Shown piece after piece: positions 21,511 to 30,649 of a stretch of DNA of 64,000 bases. A program made the translations under genes and the position numbers. Each line of letters opens with the position of its first letter. Positions within the stretch are counted from its first letter, which is position 1. The notes under the pieces were generated by a model, which ran no database searches, was not told the DNA's origin, and was given only the letters and a program-made list of their open reading frames with translations. Origin of the DNA: Escherichia phage CLB_P2; the sequence record OL770107; one strand, 5' to 3'.

Positions 21511-22053
21511 ATGAGTTTATATGATAACCTTATATCAAATATTGATTGGTTTAAAAATAGTGGTCTTTCCCATGAAACCAATTCAGTTCTTTATAGAATT
21601 CGCCAAGACCTAGGCTATTCAAACGATTTCTTAAGCAGAACATCTAGCCGTGGCGATACTACCAAATTACCTTTTATTTTTGCTTTAGCTGAAGACCTTT
21701 CTTTTGAAGATGCTTTGGAAATTATTGACGTAAATCTGGCTATTCAACGAGTGGAATTCGCTGGACTACGTTATTCAGTATATTCTTTAAATGAGAGCAA
21801 TGATTGTGTGCTTCTTAATATGGCAGACGATGATTACCATTTAGTATGCTATGTGGCTTTAGAAAATGGTGATGTATTTGGAATGGTCGACCGTCGACCA
21901 TCTTACACTGATATTAAAAATTATGATAAAGCCGAGCTTGGTATCTTAACTGCTGAGTACACATTAGAAAGTCGTAAACAACAACGGAAGCTTAATCGCT
22001 TTATTGCTGAATGCCGTGAATACGCTAAAGAGGTCCAAAATGGAACGGCCTAG
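21511..22053 (+). CDS. hypothetical protein
   Basis: 180 aa ORF with SD GGAGGAGAGG upstream. Confidence 0.5.
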   Translation: MSLYDNLISNIDWFKNSGLSHETNSVLYRIRQDLGYSNDFLSRTSSRGDTTKLPFIFALAEDLSFEDALEIIDVNLAIQRVEFAGLRYSVYSLNESNDCVLLNMADDDYHLVCYVALENGDVFGMVDRRPSYTDIKNYDKAELGILTAEYTLESRKQQRKLNRFIAECREYAKEVQNGTA

Positions 22054-22393
22054 TCTTTCATCGCATGTTTATCAATTGGCTGAATATGATATTGCTATTT
22101 CCTTATTCACGGGAATTGTCACAGGTATGCTCGGCGGTCTGGTTGGTCTGGTAATGACCACAGTTATGGCTGCAATCGAAGGAGTCATGCCTATTGAGAT
22201 GGGTTTCTATATGATAATTGCTCCGGCTGTCGTGGCTTATTTTATCCCTCTCGTGTATGATATTTGCCATACAAATGCTTTGAATGCTCCCATCCGTAAG
22301 AGATATGCTTTAGAGATGGCTAATTATAATGAGTATGTAAAACAAACCAAACGTAATGACCTTGAAACCTTTATTAAGGAATGTAAATCATGA
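22040..22393 (+). CDS. membrane protein (paralogue of 26944-27531)
   Basis: Two or three hydrophobic helices; C-terminal TKRNDLETFIKECKS matches TKKNTLNSFIEECRK of the 26944 protein. Confidence 0.45.
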   Translation: MERPSLSSHVYQLAEYDIAISLFTGIVTGMLGGLVGLVMTTVMAAIEGVMPIEMGFYMIIAPAVVAYFIPLVYDICHTNALNAPIRKRYALEMANYNEYVKQTKRNDLETFIKECKS

Positions 22394-22680
22394 ATAAAAT
22401 TGAAATTGAAATCCCTGAATACAACGACGAGAAATCTGCAGAAAAAGCTATCTATGCCCTGCTCGGTAAAGTAGATATCATCGAATCCAAATGTGAAGCT
22501 ATTGCCGATAAGTACGGTATTCAATTCGGAACAGGTGATTATGGCTCAGGACGTACCTACTACCCTGTTGGTTATGAATGCTCCCAGTGGTTTAAAGATG
22601 AAATTGAAAACAATGGCGGTGAAGTTGAAAATGGCGTCGTTACAGTTGGTGCCTGGGTCTCCTCTTCGGCAATGTGCTAA
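22390..22680 (+). CDS. small protein, W-x-SS-x-C family member 1
   Basis: 96 aa; C-terminus GAWVSSSAMC; ATGA overlap with upstream gene. Confidence 0.5.
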   Translation: MNKIEIEIPEYNDEKSAEKAIYALLGKVDIIESKCEAIADKYGIQFGTGDYGSGRTYYPVGYECSQWFKDEIENNGGEVENGVVTVGAWVSSSAMC

Positions 22681-22689
22681 GGAAAAGCT

Positions 22690-22971
22690 ATGATGAATGA
22701 TAATCATAACCATCCAGAGCTTCTGGCCGCAGTAAAAGAAATTCATGAAGCTATTCGTCGTGCCGAGGAAATTGCAGACAAATATGAGACTCATTTTAAT
22801 ATATACCCTGCTCGCGGTATGGGCGGTGACTATTATTCTCCTGGCGCCTTGAAAGCTGACCTTGCCCATTGGGAAGAAGATGGTCATCCTGAATGGGCTA
22901 TTGTTAATACTCATGACTATACAACTGACCTCGCAACTGGCGGTTGGGTGTCCTCTTCTTCTGAATGTTAA
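22690..22971 (+). CDS. small protein, W-x-SS-x-C family member 2
   Basis: 93 aa; C-terminus GGWVSSSSEC; shares ADKYxxxF segment with member 1. Confidence 0.5.
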   Translation: MMNDNHNHPELLAAVKEIHEAIRRAEEIADKYETHFNIYPARGMGGDYYSPGALKADLAHWEEDGHPEWAIVNTHDYTTDLATGGWVSSSSEC

Positions 22972-22980
22972 GGAAATATT

Positions 22981-23178
22981 ATGTCTCGTGAATTAGATTG
23001 TGCAATCCGAACTGCCGCTGCGGCAATTGAAAACGTTATTCAAATTTGTAAAGAAGAACGCGAAGAAGCTGATATCTATATTGATGGTGCTCGTGACTTA
23101 GAACGACATATAACGCTTTATAACGGTTGTATTACTATTAGTGGTACCTCTTGGGTGTCCTCCTCTTACGAATGCTAA
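22981..23178 (+). CDS. small protein, W-x-SS-x-C family member 3
   Basis: 65 aa; C-terminus TSWVSSSYEC. Confidence 0.5.
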   Translation: MSRELDCAIRTAAAAIENVIQICKEEREEADIYIDGARDLERHITLYNGCITISGTSWVSSSYEC

Positions 23179-23187
23179 GGTAATAAA

Positions 23188-23400
23188 ATGACTATTGATG
23201 AAATTGAAAAACAAATCCGTGAATTAGTACGTAAAGGTCAGTCCGTGGCTGACGAAACAGGTGAAGAGTTCCATGTTTCCGGCCGTGGACAATACATTTC
23301 CCCAAAGAATCCGGAATATGATGATTACGAATGGGTCCGTGATGATTACGGTATCCCAGATGGTGAAGGTTTCTGGTTTACATCCTCTATGTCTTGCTAA
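23188..23400 (+). CDS. small protein, W-x-SS-x-C family member 4
   Basis: 70 aa; C-terminus GFWFTSSMSC. Confidence 0.5.
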   Translation: MTIDEIEKQIRELVRKGQSVADETGEEFHVSGRGQYISPKNPEYDDYEWVRDDYGIPDGEGFWFTSSMSC

Positions 23401-23409
23401 GGTGATAAA

Positions 23410-23634
23410 ATGTCTAATATTAATGAATTAGAAAAAGCAGCTCTTGAACTGGCTGCGCTGTATAAGAAAGTAAAAGATATGGCTTCTGCTCAGGATTTTG
23501 GTGTTGAGCTTGATGATTATGATGGTGAAGTTCGTCTTGAAGATTGGCTGAATAGCTCTTGTTATGGTGAAGAAGCTGGTCGTACCTTCGTTGCTCGCTC
23601 CGATGGTAAAATCTGGTACCCGAGCTCATGCTAA
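23410..23634 (+). CDS. small protein, W-x-SS-x-C family member 5
   Basis: 74 aa; C-terminus KIWYPSSC. Confidence 0.45.
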   Translation: MSNINELEKAALELAALYKKVKDMASAQDFGVELDDYDGEVRLEDWLNSSCYGEEAGRTFVARSDGKIWYPSSC

Positions 23635-23855
23635 AATTAAAGAAAAGATACATTCATAAAATAAACGGTCTTCGCGATTATGCCAAAGGTTGGCCGTTAA
23701 GTATTATTATGGCTGATAGACACCCACGTTATAATACTGAGATGGTCTATTATAAAAAGTATGATTCATATTGCCGGTCTAAAGCAGGTCGTTTAGATGG
23801 TTCTTATGAAGAATACTTTGGTAAAAAACCTACTCGTATTTCGTTAGGAAAATAA
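23628..23855 (+). CDS. hypothetical protein
   Basis: 75 aa ORF overlapping the end of member 5; start uncertain. Confidence 0.3.
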   Translation: MLKLKKRYIHKINGLRDYAKGWPLSIIMADRHPRYNTEMVYYKKYDSYCRSKAGRLDGSYEEYFGKKPTRISLGK

Positions 23856-23885
23856 TTTAGCCACATGGATGTGGTAGGAGGACTT

Positions 23886-24215
23886 ATGCACAAAGATTCA
23901 GTATTCAAATATCTTTTGAAAACAGATAAAGAATTCTATATGAATGGGCAAGCTTTCTTGTTCGTTCGTGGTAAACGTGAGATGTTTTATAAGTGCGACC
24001 TCTCAATGCACCATCATATGTATCATACCCACGGCGAGCCTATACTAGGGTTCTCCGGTGACGAGACTAGACACATAGCCATGTACTACGACCATTTTAA
24101 GCTCAATGATTGTGGTGACAACGCTCTGGTCTGGAATCCATCTTGGCGGCGTTGGGATACAGTAGACAGCGATAAATTATTTTTAGAATATTGCAGAAGT
24201 GATGTACAACTCTAA
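23886..24215 (+). CDS. hypothetical His-rich protein
   Basis: ATG preceded by SD AGGAGG; contains HHHMYHTH stretch. Confidence 0.45.
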   Translation: MHKDSVFKYLLKTDKEFYMNGQAFLFVRGKREMFYKCDLSMHHHMYHTHGEPILGFSGDETRHIAMYYDHFKLNDCGDNALVWNPSWRRWDTVDSDKLFLEYCRSDVQL

Positions 24216-24259
24216 AAACTTGTGTTACTATTACCTTACACAAACATGAGGAGAACATT

Positions 24260-24499
24260 ATGTGGTATTACTCTCCACTGTCTGATAAGTCTGATGAGCC
24301 GGTACGCATTAGTCGTGCCAAGTTTAAAAAGATTTATGGCTTTGCCTATAAGAAGTCTGATTATGGTGTTCGTTTTGAAGACGCTCACTGTATCAACGAC
24401 CCTTATGCCGAAGAAATCTCTAATGAGATAATTCCTATCATTAAGAATAATTCTGATGATATGTGGGAATTGCATAACGATTACGTTGCTGAAATTTAA
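24260..24499 (+). CDS. hypothetical protein
   Basis: 79 aa ORF with SD GAGGAG upstream. Confidence 0.45.
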   Translation: MWYYSPLSDKSDEPVRISRAKFKKIYGFAYKKSDYGVRFEDAHCINDPYAEEISNEIIPIIKNNSDDMWELHNDYVAEI

Positions 24500-24520
24500 G
24501 TTTACTCTGAGGAAAATATT

Positions 24521-24673
24521 ATGTATAATGTTCTTATTGTTTTTGTTACTCACCCACAAGGTGGCGTAAGGCAGAATACTTCCCAAGTGGTCCAATTTTC
24601 TTCACTAGAGGCTGCTAATCTAGCCGCAACGCGTATTGAAGCAAAAAATCTGAACTGGGTAAATATGAAGTAA
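24521..24673 (+). CDS. small hypothetical protein (50 aa)
   Basis: ATG after conserved GAGGAAAATATT leader; below the track length cutoff. Confidence 0.3.
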   Translation: MYNVLIVFVTHPQGGVRQNTSQVVQFSSLEAANLAATRIEAKNLNWVNMK

Positions 24674-24700
24674 CTCGTCTTTATTAATGAGGAAAATATT

Positions 24701-25660
24701 ATGATGCTAGTTATTGGTTCTCGTGCACTGCACCACGCTGGTCTGATTGAAAGTAAGTATATCGAAAATTCTGATTGGGATTTCATTGCCGACCAAGGCT
24801 CATGGAATCAATTTAAAGCCCGGATGTTCGGCGCCCATGTTCCTGTGGATAATCCAGATGTCCAGGCCTTTAAATGCATGCACAACGGTAAAGAAACCTA
24901 TTTTGAAGCTTATATCGTCCGGGCCCTGACTAACGTACGAGAAATCACCGGTGAGCTTCAGGACGAAGATTTCACCTCAAGTTATCGTCTTCTGAAATAT
25001 GCCGAAAATCATATTAAAAAGGACCGTCTTACGGGTTTCTATTGGGCCACACCTGATATCTGTCTGGCCATCAAAATGAGCCATCGTTATTTGAAGAACA
25101 ACCCTTTCTTTTTGAAGACGATGTCCCACATCAAATACCTTCGTAATAAAGGTGTAACCTTGAATGAAGAGCTCCAAGAAATCATGCTGCAACGTCAGAA
25201 AGAAACGTTGAGCTATTCTCATCCTAAATTAGATGTAAACAAATCATCGTTCTTTAATGATACCATCTATACATTAGACCACGACTCTATTCATGAAGCT
25301 GTGGCATTAGCCGGACGCCCAGCGTATACCTTTTATATGAAAGATGGTTCTGAAGTCATGACCTCTCGTGAGAAGTTTGAAGCTTTGCCTGAAGCTATTA
25401 AACTGGCAGGGGTTTATGAAGAAGCATGTGTACTTGCTCTAGAGCGTTCGCAGGTTCCTAATGACTTTAATATCCCAGCTGCTACAAGTTTCTATATGGC
25501 TCTTGAGAAAGTGTGCACCTCAATCACTTCAGGTTGGTTCCGTGAGTATGCCTGGGAAAACTACCAAGCTGTAGTGAATATGTATAGGACCCTAGGTGAA
25601 AGTGACTACATCAACCGGTTTAAGCGTAATCAACATTTAATTCGTCCTTTCGAAAAATAA
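24701..25660 (+). CDS. hypothetical protein, possible nucleotidyltransferase-fold N-terminus
   Basis: 319 aa; N-terminal IGSRA...SDWDFI loosely fits the G[GS]...D.D nucleotidyltransferase signature, but spacing is longer than typical. Confidence 0.4.
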   Translation: MMLVIGSRALHHAGLIESKYIENSDWDFIADQGSWNQFKARMFGAHVPVDNPDVQAFKCMHNGKETYFEAYIVRALTNVREITGELQDEDFTSSYRLLKYAENHIKKDRLTGFYWATPDICLAIKMSHRYLKNNPFFLKTMSHIKYLRNKGVTLNEELQEIMLQRQKETLSYSHPKLDVNKSSFFNDTIYTLDHDSIHEAVALAGRPAYTFYMKDGSEVMTSREKFEALPEAIKLAGVYEEACVLALERSQVPNDFNIPAATSFYMALEKVCTSITSGWFREYAWENYQAVVNMYRTLGESDYINRFKRNQHLIRPFEK

Positions 25661-25673
25661 TTGCATAAAACAG

Positions 25674-25712
25674 TGTACAAGGTCTATAGGTGTGATACTA
25701 TAGACCTATCAA
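25674..25712 (+). promoter_or_regulatory. early promoter / stem-loop cassette (PeSL-like)
   Basis: GTGTAC -35-like; inverted repeat ggtctatag/ctatagacc around GATACTAT; conserved leader. Confidence 0.5.
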
Positions 25713-25738
25713 AACAACAGAGTGAAATGGAGAATAAA

Positions 25739-25951
25739 ATGAAACTTTCTAACCAAGCAATCAACATGTTAAACGAAGTTCGTGCAGCTGGTGCTAAATG
25801 TCTGATGGTTAACACTCGTGACGGTGACCTTCGTCAAGCATTTGGTGAATTGAAATCTGCTGACCTGGTTAAATGTTCGGTTGGTATCGGTAATGCACTT
25901 CGTGTATCCTTATCCCCTAAAGGTAAAATGTACTTTTTCAACAAAAAGTAA
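25739..25951 (+). CDS. hypothetical small protein
   Basis: ATG after conserved leader GGAGAATAAA; 70 aa. Confidence 0.45.
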   Translation: MKLSNQAINMLNEVRAAGAKCLMVNTRDGDLRQAFGELKSADLVKCSVGIGNALRVSLSPKGKMYFFNKK

Positions 25952-26016
25952 TATACATTCTCGTAAGATATGTTATTATAGACCTATCAAAACAAATGAG
26001 TGAATTGGAGAATAAA

Positions 26017-26247
26017 ATGAAAGCCATCATGAGTGTTTTAGCCCTGAGCTTGGTTGCTTTAGCTGCAGTTCCTTTTATTGTTGATGTTGGAGACGAAACA
26101 CAAGTTGAATCCTCAATCGTTGTCAGTAAAGATGGTACATCGGTTAAGATCGGTAATAATCTCCATATGAATCCTAATGGTACTTTAGGTGTTCAGCTCG
26201 GTAACACATGTGTAAGCACAACTGGTAAAGTTAATACTTGCTTCTGA
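26017..26247 (+). CDS. small secreted or membrane-anchored protein
   Basis: N-terminal hydrophobic signal-like segment; preceded by a near-duplicate of the 25674 promoter-leader cassette. Confidence 0.45.
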   Translation: MKAIMSVLALSLVALAAVPFIVDVGDETQVESSIVVSKDGTSVKIGNNLHMNPNGTLGVQLGNTCVSTTGKVNTCF

Positions 26248-26257
26248 GGAAAATATT

Positions 26258-26944
26258 ATGAACAGCCCAAAAACTTTTAATTCTCAAGCTCGTGCAGTAG
26301 GCGGTTTCGCTGGTAAAATTTCTAACGATAAAATCAAAAACGAAACTATGTTCTTCAACAGCTCATTGGCTTTCGCTTTTGATAATGGTGGTCCTATTAC
26401 TCGCAGCTTCATCATGAACCTACCAGATGAGTGGAACACTGACCAGGTTGTATTTGATTCCCGAGTTCATATGCTTATGCCTGGTTGGTATCCTGCTATC
26501 CCAGGTTATCACCATGATGATGTACCACGTCCGGATATTCCGGTTGGTCAACACTTTATTACTGCAGGGCAACCTGATTATGATAACCCTCGATACCATT
26601 CTGAACATATTCTTGGTCTTGTTAACGCTGATGTGTGTCCTACTTATTTTGCAACCGGAACTGCACAATTTAGCCAGATTCCTGAAGGCGAACTTATCTA
26701 TCGCCAGTGGCATAAAGAAGTTCTGGAAAAAATTGAGTCCAATGAATTAACCAAGTGGGATGCTCCTGACCGTACATTGCTCCAGTTTGATTGGCAGACA
26801 TGGCATACAGGTTCCCGCGCAGTAAGTAACGGTTGGCGTTGGTTTGGCCGTGTGTCTCGTAATACCGACCGTGTTAAAAAGATTACAAATGAAATCCGCG
26901 TTAATGCTCAAGTATATCTGGAATTCCCTATGGAGGGCTGGTAA
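26258..26944 (+). CDS. hypothetical protein
   Basis: 228 aa ORF; Trp- and His-rich; no motif recognised. Confidence 0.5.
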   Translation: MNSPKTFNSQARAVGGFAGKISNDKIKNETMFFNSSLAFAFDNGGPITRSFIMNLPDEWNTDQVVFDSRVHMLMPGWYPAIPGYHHDDVPRPDIPVGQHFITAGQPDYDNPRYHSEHILGLVNADVCPTYFATGTAQFSQIPEGELIYRQWHKEVLEKIESNELTKWDAPDRTLLQFDWQTWHTGSRAVSNGWRWFGRVSRNTDRVKKITNEIRVNAQVYLEFPMEGW

Positions 26945-27531
26945 TGGCCCTTTATGAACCTGGTTGCATGGGTGTTGATGTAAACTTCATCCGTCGGTCT
27001 GAAAATGCCGGAATCATTATCCCAAGTGGTGAGAATATGATTATTAAAAAGTCCTGGCGAAATATTGATGATGGTGATGAAGGAATTTCAGCCAGTACAG
27101 TAGATTGGTCAGGTTGTACTGCTGAAATGAAACAACTTTTAATTGAGGAATATAAAATGGGCTATATCATAAATGGTTGGCAACCGGAACCCCATAAAGA
27201 ACAGACACCAGACCCATTGATTTGTTATAGCAAAAAATACGGCTTTCGTACATGGAGTGATGAATACGACAAATTAGTGAGTTCTAGGTTCTATGTTTGG
27301 ATGGGGATATTATTTTTCCCACTCCTAGGGTTTTTCCTGACAACGGATAATGACCTGCCTATTACGCTATTTGCTTCAGCGATGTCTGCGGCTATCTTAG
27401 GACTTATCGCATCATTTTTATGGACTGCAGTTGTTGAAGTACCTTTTCGTATTTCTAAAGTTAAAAAGGTATATGACGATATCACTAAGAAAAATACATT
27501 AAACTCTTTTATTGAGGAATGCCGTAAATGA
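26944..27531 (+). CDS. membrane protein (paralogue of 22040-22393)
   Basis: C-terminal hydrophobic helices and shared C-terminal TKKNTLNSFIEECRK motif. Confidence 0.5.
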   Translation: MALYEPGCMGVDVNFIRRSENAGIIIPSGENMIIKKSWRNIDDGDEGISASTVDWSGCTAEMKQLLIEEYKMGYIINGWQPEPHKEQTPDPLICYSKKYGFRTWSDEYDKLVSSRFYVWMGILFFPLLGFFLTTDNDLPITLFASAMSAAILGLIASFLWTAVVEVPFRISKVKKVYDDITKKNTLNSFIEECRK

Positions 27532-27764
27532 GTATTGCGATTTATATTAAATCCGAGTCATGCGATTCTTATCTGTATTCCTACGACACAGGAACATCAG
27601 AAGAGAAAATCAAAGAAGATTTAGAAAGCGACTTGGATATGTTCTGTCCTATTTCTGATTATATGGTTCAATTGTCAGATAGTGAAAGCCCATCAACAGA
27701 AACACGTCTTGAAATTATTATACGAGATATTTTTGAACAATCATGGAAACGAGACGATGAGTAA
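27528..27764 (+). CDS. acidic small protein
   Basis: 78 aa, Asp/Glu/Ser-rich. Confidence 0.4.
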   Translation: MSIAIYIKSESCDSYLYSYDTGTSEEKIKEDLESDLDMFCPISDYMVQLSDSESPSTETRLEIIIRDIFEQSWKRDDE

Positions 27765-28203
27765 AGTTAAAGAATTATCAGCCGGCATTTTGTTCATGAC
27801 TGTCGATAAAGAGCTAGTCATGGGACGTGTAACAGGCTCTCGTAATCCAGAAAATATGCGCCATAAGTGGGACATCCCTAAAGGCCATGTTGAACCAGGC
27901 GAAGAGCCTATTCAAGCAGCAATGCGTGAAACTGAAGAAGAGATTGGATTCACGGCATACGATCCTGCGTTCCTGAAAGACCTAGGTGAGTTCAAATATT
28001 CTAGCAATAAGAATCTACACCTGTTCTTATATACTGTGCCTGTCGAACACGAGCAGTTCAAGAATTGCAAATGTACGGCTTACCATACGTTCCCTGATGG
28101 TCGTACGATTCCGGAATTCGACGCTTTCGCTTTGATTAAACGTCCGCAATGGGAATATGTCATGGGCCCGTCGATGTTTAAGGTTTTAGATTCGCTCTTT
28201 TGA
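27757..28203 (+). CDS. nudE: Nudix hydrolase NudE
   Basis: Nudix box GHVEPGEEPIQAAMRETEEEIGF; position immediately upstream of e as in T4; start at ATG overlapping upstream stop. Confidence 0.75.
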   Translation: MSKVKELSAGILFMTVDKELVMGRVTGSRNPENMRHKWDIPKGHVEPGEEPIQAAMRETEEEIGFTAYDPAFLKDLGEFKYSSNKNLHLFLYTVPVEHEQFKNCKCTAYHTFPDGRTIPEFDAFALIKRPQWEYVMGPSMFKVLDSLF

Positions 28204-28211
28204 TATAAATA
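28204..28211 (+). promoter_or_regulatory. late promoter upstream of lysozyme gene e
   Basis: TATAAATA immediately upstream of a hairpin (cctcct/aggagg) that contains the SD. Confidence 0.55.
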
Positions 28212-28233
28212 CCTCCTATACTCAGGAGGTATT

Positions 28234-28722
28234 ATGGATATTTTTGATATGTTACGTCAAGACGAAGGTCTTGATTTAAATCTTTATAAAGACACCGAAG
28301 GTTATTGGACTATTGGTATAGGCCAGTTAGTTACCAAGAACCCATCTAAAGATGTTGCTCGCGCTGAACTTGATAAGCTTATGGGTCGAGTTTGTAATGG
28401 TCGTATTACTATGGCTGAAGCTGAACAACTCTTTAATCGTTCAGTGGAAAATGCTCGTAGAGCTATAATGCGCAATCCTAAATTAAAACCGGTTTATGAT
28501 GTGCTGGACGAAGTTCGTCGTTGTGCATTGATTAATATGGTCTTCCAAATGGGTGAAGCTGGTGTAGCGGGATTTACCAACTCTCTGCGTATGCTCCAAC
28601 AAAAACGTTGGGATGACGCCGCAGTTAACCTGGCGCAGTCTCGTTGGTACAAGCAAACCCCGAATCGTGCCAAGCGTGTTATCGCCACCTTTAAAACAGG
28701 TACTTGGGCCGCTTATAGATAA
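28234..28722 (+). CDS. e: endolysin (T4 lysozyme e)
   Basis: 162 aa; [17 protein letters not shown] and [30 protein letters not shown] match T4 lysozyme. Confidence 0.9.
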   Translation: MDIFDMLRQDEGLDLNLYKDTEGYWTIGIGQLVTKNPSKDVARAELDKLMGRVCNGRITMAEAEQLFNRSVENARRAIMRNPKLKPVYDVLDEVRRCALINMVFQMGEAGVAGFTNSLRMLQQKRWDDAAVNLAQSRWYKQTPNRAKRVIATFKTGTWAAYR

Positions 28723-28727
28723 AAGCA

Positions 28728-28770
28728 GTTTACATCTCCGGTAGGCATGATACTATAGACCTATCAACTA
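28728..28770 (+). promoter_or_regulatory. early promoter / stem-loop cassette (PeSL-like)
   Basis: GTTTAC -35, 17-nt spacer, TACTAT -10; inverted repeat flanking; leader CAACTACAGGAGATTAAAATG. Confidence 0.55.
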
Positions 28771-28782
28771 CAGGAGATTAAA

Positions 28783-29199
28783 ATGACTCGTATCAACCTT
28801 ACCTTAGTATCTGAATTGGCCGACCAACACCTTATGGCTGAATACCGTGAATTACCACGTGTTTTCGGTGCAGTTCGTAAGCATGTTGCTAACGGTAAAC
28901 GTGTTTGTGATTTTAAAATCAGCCCTACTTTTATCCTTGGTACAGGCCATGTTACATTCTTTTATGATAAGCTTGAATTTTTATGTAAGCGTCAAATTGA
29001 GCTTATAGCTGAATGTTTAAAACGTGGCTTTAATATCAAGGATACTACAGTCCAGGACATTAGTGATATTCCTCAGGAATTCCGTGGTGATTATGTTCCT
29101 CACGAAGCTTCTATCGCTATTTCACAAGCCCGTTTGGATGAAAAAATTGCACAACGTCCTACCTGGTACAAACATTATGGTAAGGCGATTTACGCATAA
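28783..29199 (+). CDS. denV: endonuclease V (pyrimidine dimer DNA glycosylase)
   Basis: 138 aa; [40 protein letters not shown] ... essentially identical to T4 endonuclease V as recalled. Confidence 0.9.
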   Translation: MTRINLTLVSELADQHLMAEYRELPRVFGAVRKHVANGKRVCDFKISPTFILGTGHVTFFYDKLEFLCKRQIELIAECLKRGFNIKDTTVQDISDIPQEFRGDYVPHEASIAISQARLDEKIAQRPTWYKHYGKAIYA

Positions 29200-29337
29200 G
29201 GGAGCAACCTGGACCTCACAATTCTGTGAGGGACTCCCGCCAACCTGTAATAAGGTCGAGCCCAAGTGCGGTAATGGGTAAATGCAGAAAGGGACGAATT
29301 AATGTGCCAAGGAACGGCCCACAACTAAGAGACAACT

Positions 29338-29865
29338 ATGAAATTTTTAACCCCCATTTATCTAACCTTAATGCACGCCTTCGCTGAACGCGCCATTGAA
29401 CGTTTAGACTCAGACCAATATACCTGGTATGAACCTACTTCAAGAATGCAAGAGTTTGGTACTCTTCGACTTGACGGCGGGCGTCAAACAGGTAAAACAA
29501 GTGCCATCGCCCAGTTCGCGGCGGATTGGGTTTCCAAGGGTAATGATGTGATTGTTATGTCAAGTTCTTCGCATCGCTCACGAGAAATCTGTAATATAAT
29601 AAAAAGGGTTTCTAAGGCCCAACCACACCTTCAAGTAGAAGGTCCTGGGTTTGTTGTGTATGATACCGTGCGTTCATTTTTAGACGAAGATAACTTCCAT
29701 AAGTATCGTGGACTGTCTGTTACCCGATTATTGATTATTATTGAAGAGCCTATTCGCCTACCAGCGATGGATAAGTTCTATGAAGCTTACCAGGTAATGA
29801 TGAATAAATTTATGTGCCAGGGTTCTAAACCTCTGCCACTGTTCTTTGTGATAGGAATGCAATGA
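29338..29865 (+). CDS. hypothetical protein with P-loop-like motif
   Basis: GGRQTGKTS Walker-A-like segment; 175 aa. Confidence 0.45.
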   Translation: MKFLTPIYLTLMHAFAERAIERLDSDQYTWYEPTSRMQEFGTLRLDGGRQTGKTSAIAQFAADWVSKGNDVIVMSSSSHRSREICNIIKRVSKAQPHLQVEGPGFVVYDTVRSFLDEDNFHKYRGLSVTRLLIIIEEPIRLPAMDKFYEAYQVMMNKFMCQGSKPLPLFFVIGMQ

Positions 29866-30158
29866 TGACTGATGAAGAGCTTTTTGAGTTCTGTTATTTC
29901 TCACGTAAGGTTCGAAGAGAGGACCTTACTACAAATTTCGAATATGCTTATTTCTATCCATTAGAATATGTATTCATGTCAGGGCCCTTTAAGGGCTCTC
30001 GTTTTAGATGCCACGCCCCAAGCATCCGATTAATGAAACAGGTTCCTTACTTCACTCTCGAGTTCATCTCTGGGCCGTGTAAGGGTATTATTACTCGCAG
30101 TCTCTTGACGTATGACCAAGAGATTCATATGATTTCTGACTGGAAAAAATATGTCTAA
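29862..30158 (+). CDS. hypothetical protein
   Basis: 98 aa ORF, ATGA overlap. Confidence 0.4.
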   Translation: MMTDEELFEFCYFSRKVRREDLTTNFEYAYFYPLEYVFMSGPFKGSRFRCHAPSIRLMKQVPYFTLEFISGPCKGIITRSLLTYDQEIHMISDWKKYV

Positions 30159-30369
30159 ATTGACAATTGAAGGCTCTGATGAAGCTCTGAAGAGATTTGT
30201 TGAATGGTTTAATGGGCCGGGTGAACAAGACTTTCTGGAAGTCTGGGACGGTGGTCAGTGGAATGGTAAAGAAGTGGTTTACCCAACTACTTATATCTCC
30301 GTGCAAGGTTGGACTGAAGGCCTTCGTTTGGTGGAATATGATATCGCAACTGGCGAGGAAGTGAAATGA
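30151..30369 (+). CDS. hypothetical protein
   Basis: 72 aa ORF. Confidence 0.4.
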   Translation: MSKLTIEGSDEALKRFVEWFNGPGEQDFLEVWDGGQWNGKEVVYPTTYISVQGWTEGLRLVEYDIATGEEVK

Positions 30370-30644
30370 TTGAAGACATCAAAGGTTACAAGCCACATAC
30401 CGACGATAAAATCGGTAAAGTGAATGCCATTAAAGATGCTGAAGTTCGATTGGGCTTAATCTTTAAAGCATTAGAAGAAGAATATGTTGAAGCCTTTACA
30501 TGCTCCGGTGTTGATAAAATGAGTGATGAAGAATTCGACCTTACTCATGAACGCCTCGCCCAGATTCGTACGGCAATCGAACGCTTGAAAGAAGCATCCA
30601 TGTGGGCCTGTCGTTCCGTTTTCCAACCTGAGGAAAAATACTAA
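30366..30644 (+). CDS. hypothetical protein
   Basis: 92 aa ORF in the interval corresponding to T4 vs.3-vs.8. Confidence 0.4.
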   Translation: MIEDIKGYKPHTDDKIGKVNAIKDAEVRLGLIFKALEEEYVEAFTCSGVDKMSDEEFDLTHERLAQIRTAIERLKEASMWACRSVFQPEEKY

Positions 30645-30649
30645 AAGCA

